Below the pieces are notes generated by a model. The model searched no databases. It had not been told where the DNA came from and saw only the letters and a list, made by a program, of their open reading frames with translations. A program made the translations under genes and the position numbers. Shown one piece after another: positions 29,916-39,936 of a stretch of DNA of 57,577 nt; positions within the stretch are counted from its first letter, which is position 1; every line of letters starts with the position of its first letter. The DNA lies in contig JBHLLU010000026.1 of assembly GCA_048938895.1 (NCBI GenBank), positions 1 to 57,577 of the forward strand. Reading direction: 5' to 3'. This DNA is from Promethearchaeota archaeon (GTDB lineage: Archaea; Asgardarchaeota; Lokiarchaeia; Sigyniarchaeales; SOKP01).

Positions 29916-30674
29916 TCAATTACAAATTTCACTTACAAATGTACTTAATTCTGAAATAATTCGTTTATGATCTGGACTATTTAGTATGGGATGGTCATTA
30001 TTTTTTAACCAAATTTTCTTTTTTCTTTCTGATTTAATCATATTAAATATATAATCCATACTTCCTTTTTTTATTTCTGAATCTAAACAACCTTGAAATA
30101 GAAGTGTAGGGCATTCCACTTTATGCAGATTTTTTTTCATCTCTCTCATCAGATGTTTTGCTTTTGTAGCTATGTTAAGAGGAATTTTGTCATACCCCAC
30201 CCAAGCACCATTTGTATTTTTCTTAAAAGTTTTCGAATCAATTTTATGATACTTAATAAACAATCTAAAGAAAGGAACTAATTTGAATAAAAAACTCCGA
30301 ATTCCCACTGGAGTGCTTATGACAAAGATACCATCAAATTGATGCTTACTCGCTAATATTAAGGTTAATATACCTCCCATACTATGACCCCCAATAATTA
30401 AGTGTTCACAATTATTTTGAATCGCTTTTATCTCTTTTTCTAATGCCGTATTCCAGGCATCAATTGTAATATTTTTTAAATCTCTGGGATTAGTACCATA
30501 GCCAGGAAGCAAAGGTACATATATAGTATAATTGTGATTCTTATGTAAATTTTCAGCTAATGGTTTAAGATCGGCACATGTTCCCCCTCCGCCACCGTGA
30601 ATTAACAAAATACCAATCTTATTTCCCTTGTAATAGAATGGACCAGCACCGGCGATTTTATCTGAGAAAGTCAT
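29916..30674 (-). CDS. Carboxylesterase (alpha/beta hydrolase)
   Basis: GILLIHG, LPGYGT, GGHSMGG, QGCLD, catalytic H. Confidence 0.85.
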   Translation of the reverse strand: MTFSDKIAGAGPFYYKGNKIGILLIHGGGGGTCADLKPLAENLHKNHNYTIYVPLLPGYGTNPRDLKNITIDAWNTALEKEIKAIQNNCEHLIIGGHSMGGILTLILASKHQFDGIFVISTPVGIRSFLFKLVPFFRLFIKYHKIDSKTFKKNTNGAWVGYDKIPLNIATKAKHLMREMKKNLHKVECPTLLFQGCLDSEIKKGSMDYIFNMIKSERKKKIWLKNNDHPILNSPDHKRIISELSTFVSEICN

Positions 30675-30782
30675 ATTTCTATTTACTTAAATATAATTGA
30701 TTGATATTTTAGTGTAATATATGTAAATAAAGCAAGAGGATTAGAAATAAAATTCATAAATTCACTATATAACTTCTTTTAA

Positions 30783-31310
30783 TTACTTTCTTTGAGCTTT
30801 ATAACAAGGAATACAAATACTGTTATTATTATAAAACATAAGTCTGCTATTCATGGTTTTTTCACCACATAAATCACATGGAACAGACTCTTCTATTTGA
30901 GCTAAACTTGGAGGATTAAATTCGATTTCATATATATTAAAAACCTTTTCTGGTTTTGAATCGAGTAGATGCTTAATCATTTCGTGCTTTGACTTTTTTT
31001 TATCATCAAGTGCTTTATCTTTAATAGAAAGTTTTATTGCTTTTTCAGTCTCTCTATTATAAAAATAATAATTAAGTTTACCATAGTCTTGGTGAATCAA
31101 GTTCCCCTTACCATACGTAGTTCCTAAGAGAACTTGGAGTGCATCTACGCTACAGTTATCATTCTCGACTACAGCAACTACTTCTTCGTTAGGTGAATAA
31201 TTAAAACCATGATCTAACAAATATTTAGCAGCTAAAACGCCTATAGCTAGACCAGGGCATATATGACCATGAAATCGGGCAGCTTTTTCCATTAATTCGT
31301 TAGCTTCCAT
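30783..31310 (-). CDS. FmdE/FwdE-family protein with C-terminal zinc finger
   Basis: FHGHICPG, ENDNCSVDALQ, TYGKGNL, CDLCGE...CIPC. Confidence 0.9.
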   Translation of the reverse strand: MEANELMEKAARFHGHICPGLAIGVLAAKYLLDHGFNYSPNEEVVAVVENDNCSVDALQVLLGTTYGKGNLIHQDYGKLNYYFYNRETEKAIKLSIKDKALDDKKKSKHEMIKHLLDSKPEKVFNIYEIEFNPPSLAQIEESVPCDLCGEKTMNSRLMFYNNNSICIPCYKAQRK

Positions 31311-31394
31311 TTGGGGCTATATTTTTTTTTTTAAATTCCAATTATATAATTTATTACATGTTTTAAATATATTTAATCTAGAAGCATCTAATAT

Positions 31395-31916
31395 ATGAAG
31401 AGGTTAAATGTAGTGAAATTTTTAGTAGATGCTATGTTAGGAAAATTAGCCCGATTTCTAAGAATATTTGGCTATGATACTTTATTTGCAAATGATCTAG
31501 TAGAATTTTATGATGTTGATCCCATCCCAGATGATCAATTGTTAGCTTACGCCCAAAAATCTAAGAGAATGATTATTACCAAAGATTATCCTTTTTACAA
31601 GCGAATAAACGAAAAGGCTATTTATTTGAAAGGAGAAGGTGTGTATAATTATTTAGCTCAATTAAAAAGAAATTTGAATTTAAAATTTGAATTTAAAATT
31701 GAAAGAGCTAGGTGTACTGCGTGTAATTCGACTCTAAAAGAAATATGTGAAAAAGAATCAATTAAGGATTTAATATTACCCGAGACATATAATCACTATG
31801 ATGTATTTTTCCAATGTGAAAATGTGAATTGCAAGAAGATTTACTGGAAAGGATCTCATATTGATGATATTGAGAATAAATTACTAATTTCTTCAAATCT
31901 AGAAGAAATAAATTAG
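31395..31916 (+). CDS. Mut7-C (PIN-like) RNase domain protein with zinc ribbon
   Basis: FLVDAMLGKLARFLRIFGYDT, ITKD, RCTACN, C...CKKIYWKGSH. Confidence 0.92.
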   Translation: MKRLNVVKFLVDAMLGKLARFLRIFGYDTLFANDLVEFYDVDPIPDDQLLAYAQKSKRMIITKDYPFYKRINEKAIYLKGEGVYNYLAQLKRNLNLKFEFKIERARCTACNSTLKEICEKESIKDLILPETYNHYDVFFQCENVNCKKIYWKGSHIDDIENKLLISSNLEEIN

Positions 31917-32149
31917 GTTTCTTTTTTCTTAAAATATTTCTCTTTAATTTCCAAAAATCTTTGTTTTGTTTTTTCGGCAAGATCTGTATAATTGCCCTTC
32001 ATATACATATTGTAAGCTTGATTTAATAATTCAAGACTTTTTCTATATTCAATATTCTTGAAGTGATTTTCCGAAAGAGATACGAGGTAATCTCCTTTTT
32101 TTTTATAAAATTCAATGAATTGGGCTGAGGTATCAATTTTCTTATCCAT
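31913..32149 (-). CDS. Small helical hypothetical protein (TPR/MIT-like hairpin)
   Basis: 78-aa ORF with ATG start and amphipathic helical pattern. Confidence 0.55.
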   Translation of the reverse strand: MDKKIDTSAQFIEFYKKKGDYLVSLSENHFKNIEYRKSLELLNQAYNMYMKGNYTDLAEKTKQRFLEIKEKYFKKKET

Positions 32150-32273
32150 TCTAATTCGACTTTTGAAAATTTTATTTTTATATTTTAATATGCTGTGATG
32201 TTAATAATAATAACTTAATTAATATATTTACATTTTCTTCGACAAATTATTGTAAGATTTAAAGAAGCATTAT

Positions 32274-32504
32274 TCAATCCTGTTCTTTATCAACATTATC
32301 TCTTAAATTAAACACAATTTTTGCGATTTCTCCCAAATAATTAACAGGCTCTATTGTTTTTCCGCATTTACTACACCTAAAATCGAGCATTCCTTCAATT
32401 GAAATTATGCTCCCTTCTTCACAATAAGCACATTGTTCAAATGACCATCGATCGATTATTTTAATAACTTCTTTAATAAATTTATCTTTAACATTTTCCG
32501 TCAT
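32274..32504 (-). CDS. Small zinc-ribbon hypothetical protein
   Basis: CAYC...CSKC flanked by helices. Confidence 0.7.
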   Translation of the reverse strand: MTENVKDKFIKEVIKIIDRWSFEQCAYCEEGSIISIEGMLDFRCSKCGKTIEPVNYLGEIAKIVFNLRDNVDKEQD

Positions 32505-32553
32505 AATAAATCAATTCTTTGTGAATATTTATGGTTTAATTATCAAGTGTTTT

Positions 32554-33675
32554 TTAGATTGAGTTAATAACTCTTGGGATAAATCCATCAATTACTAAAC
32601 AATCTAGTAATACAATGGCAGTAAGAGCTTCTACTATTGGTATAACTCTCGGAACAATACATGGATCATGACGGCCGGTAAACTCGATTTCAACATTTTC
32701 CATTTTATCAATATTTACAGTTTTCTGAGGAATACTAATCGTTGCCGATGGTTTGACAGCAACCGTAAATTCTATTGGCATACCTGTAGAAATTCCTCCG
32801 ATAATTCCTCCTGAAGAATTTTTCATAGTTACGATTTTTCCCTTTTTAAGAACCCAGGGATCATTATGCTCTGAACCTTTCATAGCTGCTGATTTGAAAC
32901 CCGCTCCAAACTCTATACCTTTAATACCGGGAATTGAAAAAATAGCATGACTAATTTGTGACTCTAAACTATTAAATACAGGTCCTCCTTTCCCTGCGGG
33001 ATAATTATGAACCACGCATTTAACAATTCCCCCAATTGAATCATTTTTTAATTTAATTTCTTCAATTAAATGCTTCATTTGTTCAGATTTCTCTAGATTT
33101 ACCGATCTAACGGTTGATTTTTCCCTTCTTCTAATAAGTTCTTGAATATCAACGGAATCATAGGTATTTTCATCATAAATGTGTCCAATTCCTTTTGTAT
33201 AGGCAAATACTGATATTTTGTATTTTTGAAGGATGAACTTGGCAATAGCTCCAGCCATTACAAATCCTGCAGTGATTCTTCCAGAGAAACGCCCTGATCC
33301 TCTATAATCGGCAAAACCCCCATATTTCTTTAATGCAGTATAATCAACGTGAGAAGGACGTAGGAATGATTTAAATTTTTCATATTCTGACGAATCTACA
33401 TCTTTATTTTCAATATATAAACAAATTGGTGCTCCAGTTGTTTTCCCATTAAATATACCTGATACAATCTTAACTTTATCTTCTTCACTCCGAGAAGTCG
33501 TAAGACTGGATTGTCCAGGTCTTCTCATATCTAATTCCCTTTGAATTAATTCTGGATCAACCTCAATCCCCGCAGGGGTACCATCTATGATTATCCCAAT
33601 TAATTGTCCGTGACTCTCTCCAAAGGATGTTATTTTGAAAAGGGTACCTAAGGTGTTATCAACCACAAGAATCAC
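32554..33675 (-). CDS. aroC: Chorismate synthase
   Basis: FGESHG, RRPGQS, RPSHVD, GRFSGR, KGIEFG, GRHDPC. Confidence 0.97.
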   Translation of the reverse strand: MILVVDNTLGTLFKITSFGESHGQLIGIIIDGTPAGIEVDPELIQRELDMRRPGQSSLTTSRSEEDKVKIVSGIFNGKTTGAPICLYIENKDVDSSEYEKFKSFLRPSHVDYTALKKYGGFADYRGSGRFSGRITAGFVMAGAIAKFILQKYKISVFAYTKGIGHIYDENTYDSVDIQELIRRREKSTVRSVNLEKSEQMKHLIEEIKLKNDSIGGIVKCVVHNYPAGKGGPVFNSLESQISHAIFSIPGIKGIEFGAGFKSAAMKGSEHNDPWVLKKGKIVTMKNSSGGIIGGISTGMPIEFTVAVKPSATISIPQKTVNIDKMENVEIEFTGRHDPCIVPRVIPIVEALTAIVLLDCLVIDGFIPRVINSI

Positions 33676-33745
33676 TTTGTTATAAATTTAATTATACATT
33701 AGTATTTAATTAATATTATATCTATTATTTTCTATTTATTATTTA

Positions 33746-35062
33746 ATGGATTTAGAAATTACACCCTTAACTAATAGTCTAATGGGTGAAATCACAGCAC
33801 CTGGGTCGAAAAGCTATTCACATAGAGCTTTTATCGCAGCGAGTCTAGCTGATGGGCTCTCAGTTATAAATAATCCATTAACTATCGGAGACGTTGCAAT
33901 CACTATTAGAAATTTAAAGGAATTAGGGGTAAAAATATTAAAGTCTAGCGAAAAATCTTATGTTGTTCAATCTAATACGAATACATTTAAAGCTATCAAG
34001 AAACCCCTGGATTGTAAAAATTCTGGAACATCGTTTAGAATTTTTAGTGCTTTGAGTCTCTTAGTTGAGGGGGGTTTGGTATTAAAAGGTGAATTTCTAA
34101 AAAGAAACAGACCTATTATTCCTCTTCTCAATGCTCTAAGAATGGTGGGAGCACAATATAAAATCTCTAAGAAAAAAGTAAGAATAGAACGCCAAAAAAT
34201 AGTATGTAATAAAATTGAAATCCCCGGGGATATTAGCTCTCAATTTTTAACTGCCTTATTATTTATATGTCCGTTATTAAAATGTAAGGATAGAGACTTC
34301 TTTGAAATAGAACTTACGACTCCATTAATCTCTGTTCCATATATAAGAATTACTCTCGATATATTAAACAGTTTTGGAATAAATATCCAAGATGATATAG
34401 AACAAGGGAAATTTTATATAACAAATGAACAAAACTATAGAGCCCAATCTTACGTAATACCTGGAGATTTCTCATCATCAGCTTTTATCATTGCAGCAGT
34501 AGTTTTATCCCCTAATGCTTCTAAAGTGATAATAAATAATCTAAGTATGCAAAACTTTCAAGGAGATAGCAAGATTATTGAAATTCTAAGAGAGATGGGT
34601 GCTCGCATTGAATTGAATGAAAATAAAAAACAATTAATAGTACATGGTGATATTACCCAAAATCCTTTAAAAGGATTGAAAATTGACTGTAAGGATATAC
34701 CTGACTTATTCCCTATTCTTTCTGTTATTGGTGCTTTCTCAGAAGGTGAAACTATTCTCTATAATGCTGGAAATCTCCGATTGAAAGAAAGTGATAGAAT
34801 AGCTGCTATGAGTAGGGAATTAAAGAAAATGGGGGTGTCAGTGAAGGAAGAAAATGACAAACTAACTGTTTATCACTGTGAGAATTTACATGGATCTCAA
34901 ATTGACCATGGATATGATCATAGAATAGCAATGGCTTGTACAATTGCCGCTTTATATGCAAATTCGAATTCACAAATTAAAAACATAGAAATTGTAAAGG
35001 ATTCATATCCTACATTTTTAAAAGACTTACAAAAATTAGGTGTGAATTTAAATATTCATTGA
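33746..35062 (+). CDS. aroA: 3-phosphoshikimate 1-carboxyvinyltransferase (EPSP synthase)
   Basis: PGSKSYSHR, NSGTSFR, SSQF, LRLKESDR, DHRIAM, SYP.F. Confidence 0.97.
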   Translation: MDLEITPLTNSLMGEITAPGSKSYSHRAFIAASLADGLSVINNPLTIGDVAITIRNLKELGVKILKSSEKSYVVQSNTNTFKAIKKPLDCKNSGTSFRIFSALSLLVEGGLVLKGEFLKRNRPIIPLLNALRMVGAQYKISKKKVRIERQKIVCNKIEIPGDISSQFLTALLFICPLLKCKDRDFFEIELTTPLISVPYIRITLDILNSFGINIQDDIEQGKFYITNEQNYRAQSYVIPGDFSSSAFIIAAVVLSPNASKVIINNLSMQNFQGDSKIIEILREMGARIELNENKKQLIVHGDITQNPLKGLKIDCKDIPDLFPILSVIGAFSEGETILYNAGNLRLKESDRIAAMSRELKKMGVSVKEENDKLTVYHCENLHGSQIDHGYDHRIAMACTIAALYANSNSQIKNIEIVKDSYPTFLKDLQKLGVNLNIH

Positions 35063-35073
35063 TTTCAGTTTTG

Positions 35074-35484
35074 TTATCTGAAACTTTTTTGTCTACGAGC
35101 ACGAGCTTTTTTACCACCAAACTTTTTAGGTTCTGTTCTTCTAGAATCCCCACTTAATAGAGAATCATCATAACTCCTAAAAGCTCGTTCAATTGTTTTT
35201 GTTCCGATAAACTTATGAATAGATTTGGCAATAGCCATTCTGACGGCATCTGTTTGCCCCATAACACCGCCACCTTCAACTCGAACATTAATATCACATT
35301 TTTCTAATTTTGGGTGGTTTATAATTTCAAGTACTTCTTGGATTCTAAGACGTGCTATTTCAGGTTCATAAAGTTTGAGAGGTACGTTGTTAATCTTTAT
35401 CTGACCTTTAGATGGATGTTTTAATACTGCCCTAGCTATAGCAGATTTTCTTTTTCCTGATGCTTGAACAACTTTCATTGACAT
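35074..35484 (-). CDS. rps9: 30S ribosomal protein uS9
   Basis: GKRKSAIARA, GGGVMGQ, D.RRTEPKKFGG..ARAR.QKSFR. Probable start is ATG 35484. Confidence 0.96.
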   Translation of the reverse strand: MSMKVVQASGKRKSAIARAVLKHPSKGQIKINNVPLKLYEPEIARLRIQEVLEIINHPKLEKCDINVRVEGGGVMGQTDAVRMAIAKSIHKFIGTKTIERAFRSYDDSLLSGDSRRTEPKKFGGKKARARRQKSFR

Positions 35485-35488
35485 TTCA

Positions 35489-35962
35489 TTATACCTCAAT
35501 TTCTTTTTTATTCCATCCTATACGTATACATAGATTTTCTAAAGTAATATATCTATTATAATATGAAAGATGCTTTTTCTCAGCATTACCGATCTCAGTT
35601 GGAGTCAATTTCTGATATCTTCCTTTAAAACGATCAGGAATATCTGAGATATATACGTGAATTCTCTTAAGAGCTTCTTTTCCTCTTATCTTTTTCCTTG
35701 GGAGCATTTGTTTAATTACTCTTCTCATAAAAGTATCAGGCCTTCTTTCATGGAATGGTCCTCTAAGAGGATTTGTAGCGGTCGAAATATTTAATTTAGC
35801 TAAATATTTTTCATGAATATCTCTTTTAGTTCCACTTATGATTGCATTTTTTGCGTTAATCACAACAACGTATTCCCCTAATAATGCTTTTTTAGCAATT
35901 TGACTACAGAATCGTCCTAATATCTTATCTGTCGCATCGATTAATTGATATTCTATTACCAT
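35489..35962 (-). CDS. rpl13: 50S ribosomal protein uL13
   Basis: IDATDKILGR, GPFHERRP, MLPRK; lies between eL18 and uS9. Confidence 0.96.
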   Translation of the reverse strand: MVIEYQLIDATDKILGRFCSQIAKKALLGEYVVVINAKNAIISGTKRDIHEKYLAKLNISTATNPLRGPFHERRPDTFMRRVIKQMLPRKKIRGKEALKRIHVYISDIPDRFKGRYQKLTPTEIGNAEKKHLSYYNRYITLENLCIRIGWNKKEIEV

Positions 35963-35988
35963 AATTAAATCATCTTCAACTTTTTCTG

Positions 35989-36345
35989 TTAATAAAAAAT
36001 CCTTACACCATTACCATTAGGATTTTGTTCTAACAATTCTTCTATGGAAAGTAATTTACTTCCTGAAGCTTCTATTTTTTGTCTTGCTGATTTCGAACAA
36101 TCTAAACAAGCAATGGTAACTTGGTGATCTAATTCTCCCATACCAAGTACTTTTCCAGGTATAACTACGATATCATTTTGTTTAGTTTTTTTATTGATCC
36201 TGTATAAATTCGGAGATACTCTGTTCTTTCTTGAGCTACTTAATTTTTTAGAGATTTTACGCCATATATTTATTTTAGTTTTCCACAAATCTCTAATCAA
36301 TCTTCTGACATAAAAGTTACTTGGACCAGTTATCTTATGAGACAT
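35989..36345 (-). CDS. rpl18e: 50S ribosomal protein eL18
   Basis: VVIPGKVLG.G, S.SA..KI...G, NP.G motifs; conserved synteny. Confidence 0.95.
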   Translation of the reverse strand: MSHKITGPSNFYVRRLIRDLWKTKINIWRKISKKLSSSRKNRVSPNLYRINKKTKQNDIVVIPGKVLGMGELDHQVTIACLDCSKSARQKIEASGSKLLSIEELLEQNPNGNGVRIFY

Positions 36346-36411
36346 TAGGAAGTACTACACTTGTTTTATTTAGTATTTTAATTATTTATGTTTTAATAAA
36401 TTTGTGGTAAT

Positions 36412-37245
36412 TCACGATTCTAACTCGATAGCCTCAAGTCTTTCAACAAATTCATCAACTTTTTCTAGAAAAATTTCAAATGTCTTCTTAAGTACTGTTG
36501 TAAATGGTAAAACTCCATCGCTTTCAATCGAAAAAATATAAGTATTTTTCTTATAACCGACCTTTATTGTCTTTTCAGGGCAATCTCTTTCACATGATTT
36601 ACACAATGTGCATGTTTTCCAATAATCTTCCAATAATTTTGGAGTTTTCCCATCTGAAAAATCAAATAATTTTTCAGGACACATTCTCGACACAATACAT
36701 TTTTCAGCACATTTTTTGCATCCTTCACTGTCAAATTCTATTTCTGGATAAAATCTATAGAAAGCATTAGATACAGCCTGCCATTTCACATGATCTTTAG
36801 CTTTCCCTAAAACAGCATATGCTTCCACAATTAGTTGATTATTTTTATCAATTTTGACAATTGGGATGTTGGGATTAACCGGGATTATTTTTGGATCATT
36901 TGATTTTAAATCACCAGAATACACCTCTAATGGGGTGTTTGTAGTATTTGTCACTTCACATGTTAAGGAAACTTGGCAAAGAGGGCAACCATAGCCTCCA
37001 CAATCGCAATCCTGTGGTAGGTTATATACATCTAGGTCAGTAGTAAGCGGGATCATCCCAAGTCTATGAGCTATAATCTCGTCATATAGAGGACTATCAT
37101 TTTTTAAGACGATAACCTCATCAATAGCCATTACAGGGATTTCTGATAAAATTATGCGCCGGATGGCATTTGCCATTTCGACTGAAATATCCTCTACAAC
37201 AAATACTAACTTATGATCCGATTTTTCTAGAATTTTGATATCCAT
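36412..37245 (-). CDS. rpoD: DNA-directed RNA polymerase subunit Rpo3 (D) with ferredoxin-like insertion
   Basis: ANAIRR, N.S.LYDEIIAHRLGMIP, CDC...CPLC, HVKWQ, CTLCKSC...CP, F.IESDG. Confidence 0.96.
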   Translation of the reverse strand: MDIKILEKSDHKLVFVVEDISVEMANAIRRIILSEIPVMAIDEVIVLKNDSPLYDEIIAHRLGMIPLTTDLDVYNLPQDCDCGGYGCPLCQVSLTCEVTNTTNTPLEVYSGDLKSNDPKIIPVNPNIPIVKIDKNNQLIVEAYAVLGKAKDHVKWQAVSNAFYRFYPEIEFDSEGCKKCAEKCIVSRMCPEKLFDFSDGKTPKLLEDYWKTCTLCKSCERDCPEKTIKVGYKKNTYIFSIESDGVLPFTTVLKKTFEIFLEKVDEFVERLEAIELES

Positions 37246-37314
37246 AATTCTATTATCTAAGTTATTTATGTAAGATAAGTTTTATTGTTATAATTTTGGT
37301 ACAAATTATAATAC

Positions 37315-37334
37315 CAGAATGGGAGACCATTCTG
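37315..37334. terminator. 8-bp hairpin CAGAATGG-GAGA-CCATTCTG between the glyA stop and rpoD
   Basis: Perfect stem about 20 nt after the glyA stop; terminator or processing function is inferred only. Confidence 0.35.
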
Positions 37335-37354
37335 ATTACCTAAAAAATGGGAAT

Positions 37355-38683
37355 TTAATAAAATTTTAAATATTCATAAGCTTTACTCGAAGTTTGGAAA
37401 CAATATTTAATTTCTTGATAATCTTTTCTGAAATCTGCTACTTCCGCCTGAACTTTTTTAGGATCTTTCTTATCAATTATTAGTTTTTTAATTAAATCTG
37501 CTATATCAGCCATTTCGTTTTTCCCCATTCCAAGTCTAGTAATTTCAGAAGTCCCTATTCTTAGCCCTCCTGGATTTTGATAATGTCTACCTTGAGAAAT
37601 ATCATATGGGAGTAGGTTTCGATTAAGAATGATATTTGCTTTTTCTAATAGTTTTTCTATATCACCACCTAATCCTATTGTTTTTTCAAATTCAGTTATA
37701 TCAACTACAATCTGGTGAGATTCTGTAAACCCTTTATGTTCCATTAATACCTTAATTCCTCGTTCATATAAAGCCTGCCCAAGTGCTTTGGCGTTCTCAA
37801 TAACATTTTTGTGATATTGCTTTCCATATTCGAGCATTTCAGCTAATGTTATTGCCAAACCTGCTACGTTATGGAGGTGGTGGTTAGAAAGCAAAGCGGG
37901 AAAGGCGCATGATCTTAATGTTTCAATTAAGTCTTCTCTATTCGATAACAACATGCCATGTTGAGGTCCTGGAAGTGTTTTGTGAGTGCTCATTGTCATA
38001 GCATCTACTCCTTCTCTTAAAGGATCTTGAAAATATCCAGATCCTATTAATCCTGCTACGTGAGCAGCATCATAACCGATATTGGCTCCTACTTCTTTTG
38101 CAACATCACCTAGCTCTTTTACAGGATGAGGAAACAAGAAAACTGAACCTCCAAATAACACTAGTTCTGGTTCAAATTCTCTAATTATTTTTGCAGAAGC
38201 TTCAATATCTAGGTTCATTTCATCATTATCAAAGGCTAAATATTCAACATTTATACCCCTTGTGGTTCCGGCAGTTCCATAAATTTCTCGACCGCTTTTA
38301 GCAAATCTCGGACCATGTGAAATATGACCTCCTCTAACAATTGCCATACAACACATTTTGCCATTATTATCTGAAGTAAATGCATTATACATTACTAAAT
38401 TTGCAACTACACCCGAAACGGGACGTACATCGGCATGGATGCATTTATAGTATTTTTTTGCTAGTTCCATACAGATATCTTCAATCTGATCTATATAGGT
38501 ACATCCTGCATAAACTCTTTCTCCTGACCATCCTTCAGCATATCGATGTGAGAAATCACTTGCACATGCTTCATCTACCGCAGGGCTCGTAATATTTTCC
38601 GACGCAATTAAAGGAACTGACTTTTTGAACCAATCATGATGTTCCATTAAAATTTCTCGGATTTCAGCAACTTTTTTACTCAA
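37355..38683 (-). CDS. glyA: Serine hydroxymethyltransferase (archaeal type)
   Basis: LIASEN, YAEG, GGHISH, YDAAH, STHKTLPGPQ.G (PLP lysine), GLRIGT. Confidence 0.97.
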   Translation of the reverse strand: MSKKVAEIREILMEHHDWFKKSVPLIASENITSPAVDEACASDFSHRYAEGWSGERVYAGCTYIDQIEDICMELAKKYYKCIHADVRPVSGVVANLVMYNAFTSDNNGKMCCMAIVRGGHISHGPRFAKSGREIYGTAGTTRGINVEYLAFDNDEMNLDIEASAKIIREFEPELVLFGGSVFLFPHPVKELGDVAKEVGANIGYDAAHVAGLIGSGYFQDPLREGVDAMTMSTHKTLPGPQHGMLLSNREDLIETLRSCAFPALLSNHHLHNVAGLAITLAEMLEYGKQYHKNVIENAKALGQALYERGIKVLMEHKGFTESHQIVVDITEFEKTIGLGGDIEKLLEKANIILNRNLLPYDISQGRHYQNPGGLRIGTSEITRLGMGKNEMADIADLIKKLIIDKKDPKKVQAEVADFRKDYQEIKYCFQTSSKAYEYLKFY

Positions 38684-38790
38684 CTTATATCAAATCTTTC
38701 TTTAATTTTAGAACGTTAATAAGAAAATAACTCTCCAATTTTTTTAAATATTATGGCAACTCTCTTAATGATTATTAATTGATAAGTAGT

Positions 38791-38804
38791 TAGATCGCGA
38801 TCTA
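38791..38804. promoter_or_regulatory. Perfect 14-bp palindrome TAGATCGCGATCTA upstream of glyA
   Basis: Read directly, about 110 nt upstream of the glyA start; function is inferred. Confidence 0.4.
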
Positions 38805-38855
38805 CATAATCTAGATATACTTTTAATTTTAAGATCTTTCTTATGTTATAAAGAT

Positions 38856-39776
38856 CTATCTTTCTGATTTCTCTAAAATTAATCGAGCTTCAAATAAGTT
38901 CAATTTCTTACCTGCTTTTTGCTTTTCTAAAGCTTCTGCTAATTTATCTTCCTTGATTTTTTCAATCATTTCATTTCTTTTCTGAAATTGAACACTTTTT
39001 ATTACAGGTTTTTTACTCGGTTTATAAAATTTTTTCCCTTTTGAAAATTTCTTTCTTTGATTCATAACCTGTAAGTATTGCTCATGATATCGATCAGCAG
39101 TCTTTTTGTTTTCTATTAGTTCTTCTTCCATCCTTTTCTTACTTTCTCTCAACTCATCCACTTTTTGAAAAATTTCTAACATTTTCGCATGGTTTTCTTG
39201 AGATTTATTTGACCATTTGTTTAATTGTTCATAAATTCTATTTAGATTGATTTTCACAATCTCAATTTTTCTCTCAATTTTAAATAAATCACTATTTTCT
39301 TGTTCAGCTAAAAAAGTCTGTTTAGATTCAGCTAACTGTTTGATCATGTCTATAATCGCATTCTCTTCTGCTATATCGAGATTCTCAGTCTCAATTCGTC
39401 TTTCTAGATTATCTATTTTGCGATCTACTTGTTTAATTGAGACTATCATGTCTGAATGTTTTAATGACTTTTGAATTGAATTCTTTTCTTCTATAAGTTT
39501 GTCTAAGAGGTTTTTATATTCAACTTTTTTTTTTTTTAATTCCTTTACCTTATCATTCCAAAAATCTCTTCTTTCTTTATACTTATCTTTCGCTGTTCTT
39601 AAATTAGTATTGATTTCTGTTTCTAGTTCTTGTAAATCGTTAATGTATTTTTTAGTCTTAAGGTTTAAATCATCTCTTTTTTTCTTCAAATCGTCACTTA
39701 AGATCTGAAGTCCCCGAAAAGATGTTTGAGAATTTTGCGAATCTTTGCTGTTATTTTTACTCATAAATTCATACAT
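38856..39776 (-). CDS. Archaeal coiled-coil protein (COG1340-like)
   Basis: Long K/E heptad coiled coil, IET..L....EN, C-terminal GKKL...E. Confidence 0.75.
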   Translation of the reverse strand: MYEFMSKNNSKDSQNSQTSFRGLQILSDDLKKKRDDLNLKTKKYINDLQELETEINTNLRTAKDKYKERRDFWNDKVKELKKKKVEYKNLLDKLIEEKNSIQKSLKHSDMIVSIKQVDRKIDNLERRIETENLDIAEENAIIDMIKQLAESKQTFLAEQENSDLFKIERKIEIVKINLNRIYEQLNKWSNKSQENHAKMLEIFQKVDELRESKKRMEEELIENKKTADRYHEQYLQVMNQRKKFSKGKKFYKPSKKPVIKSVQFQKRNEMIEKIKEDKLAEALEKQKAGKKLNLFEARLILEKSER

Positions 39777-39936
39777 TCAAGAGTATTTATAAAAGGGATT
39801 TAATTTAAGAAGGTTAATTATGACAATTTTATATGTTTTATATATTTTTTGCAATCAAAATATTAGAATGACCGGAGCTCCAGAAAAAATATTAAAGATT
39901 TGGTAATATTAGTTATATTAAAACATATTCGTTAAA

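Noticed and set aside
36346-36411. tRNA gene between rpoD and eL18, as in some archaea
   Set aside because: The spacer is short and AT-rich with no cloverleaf.
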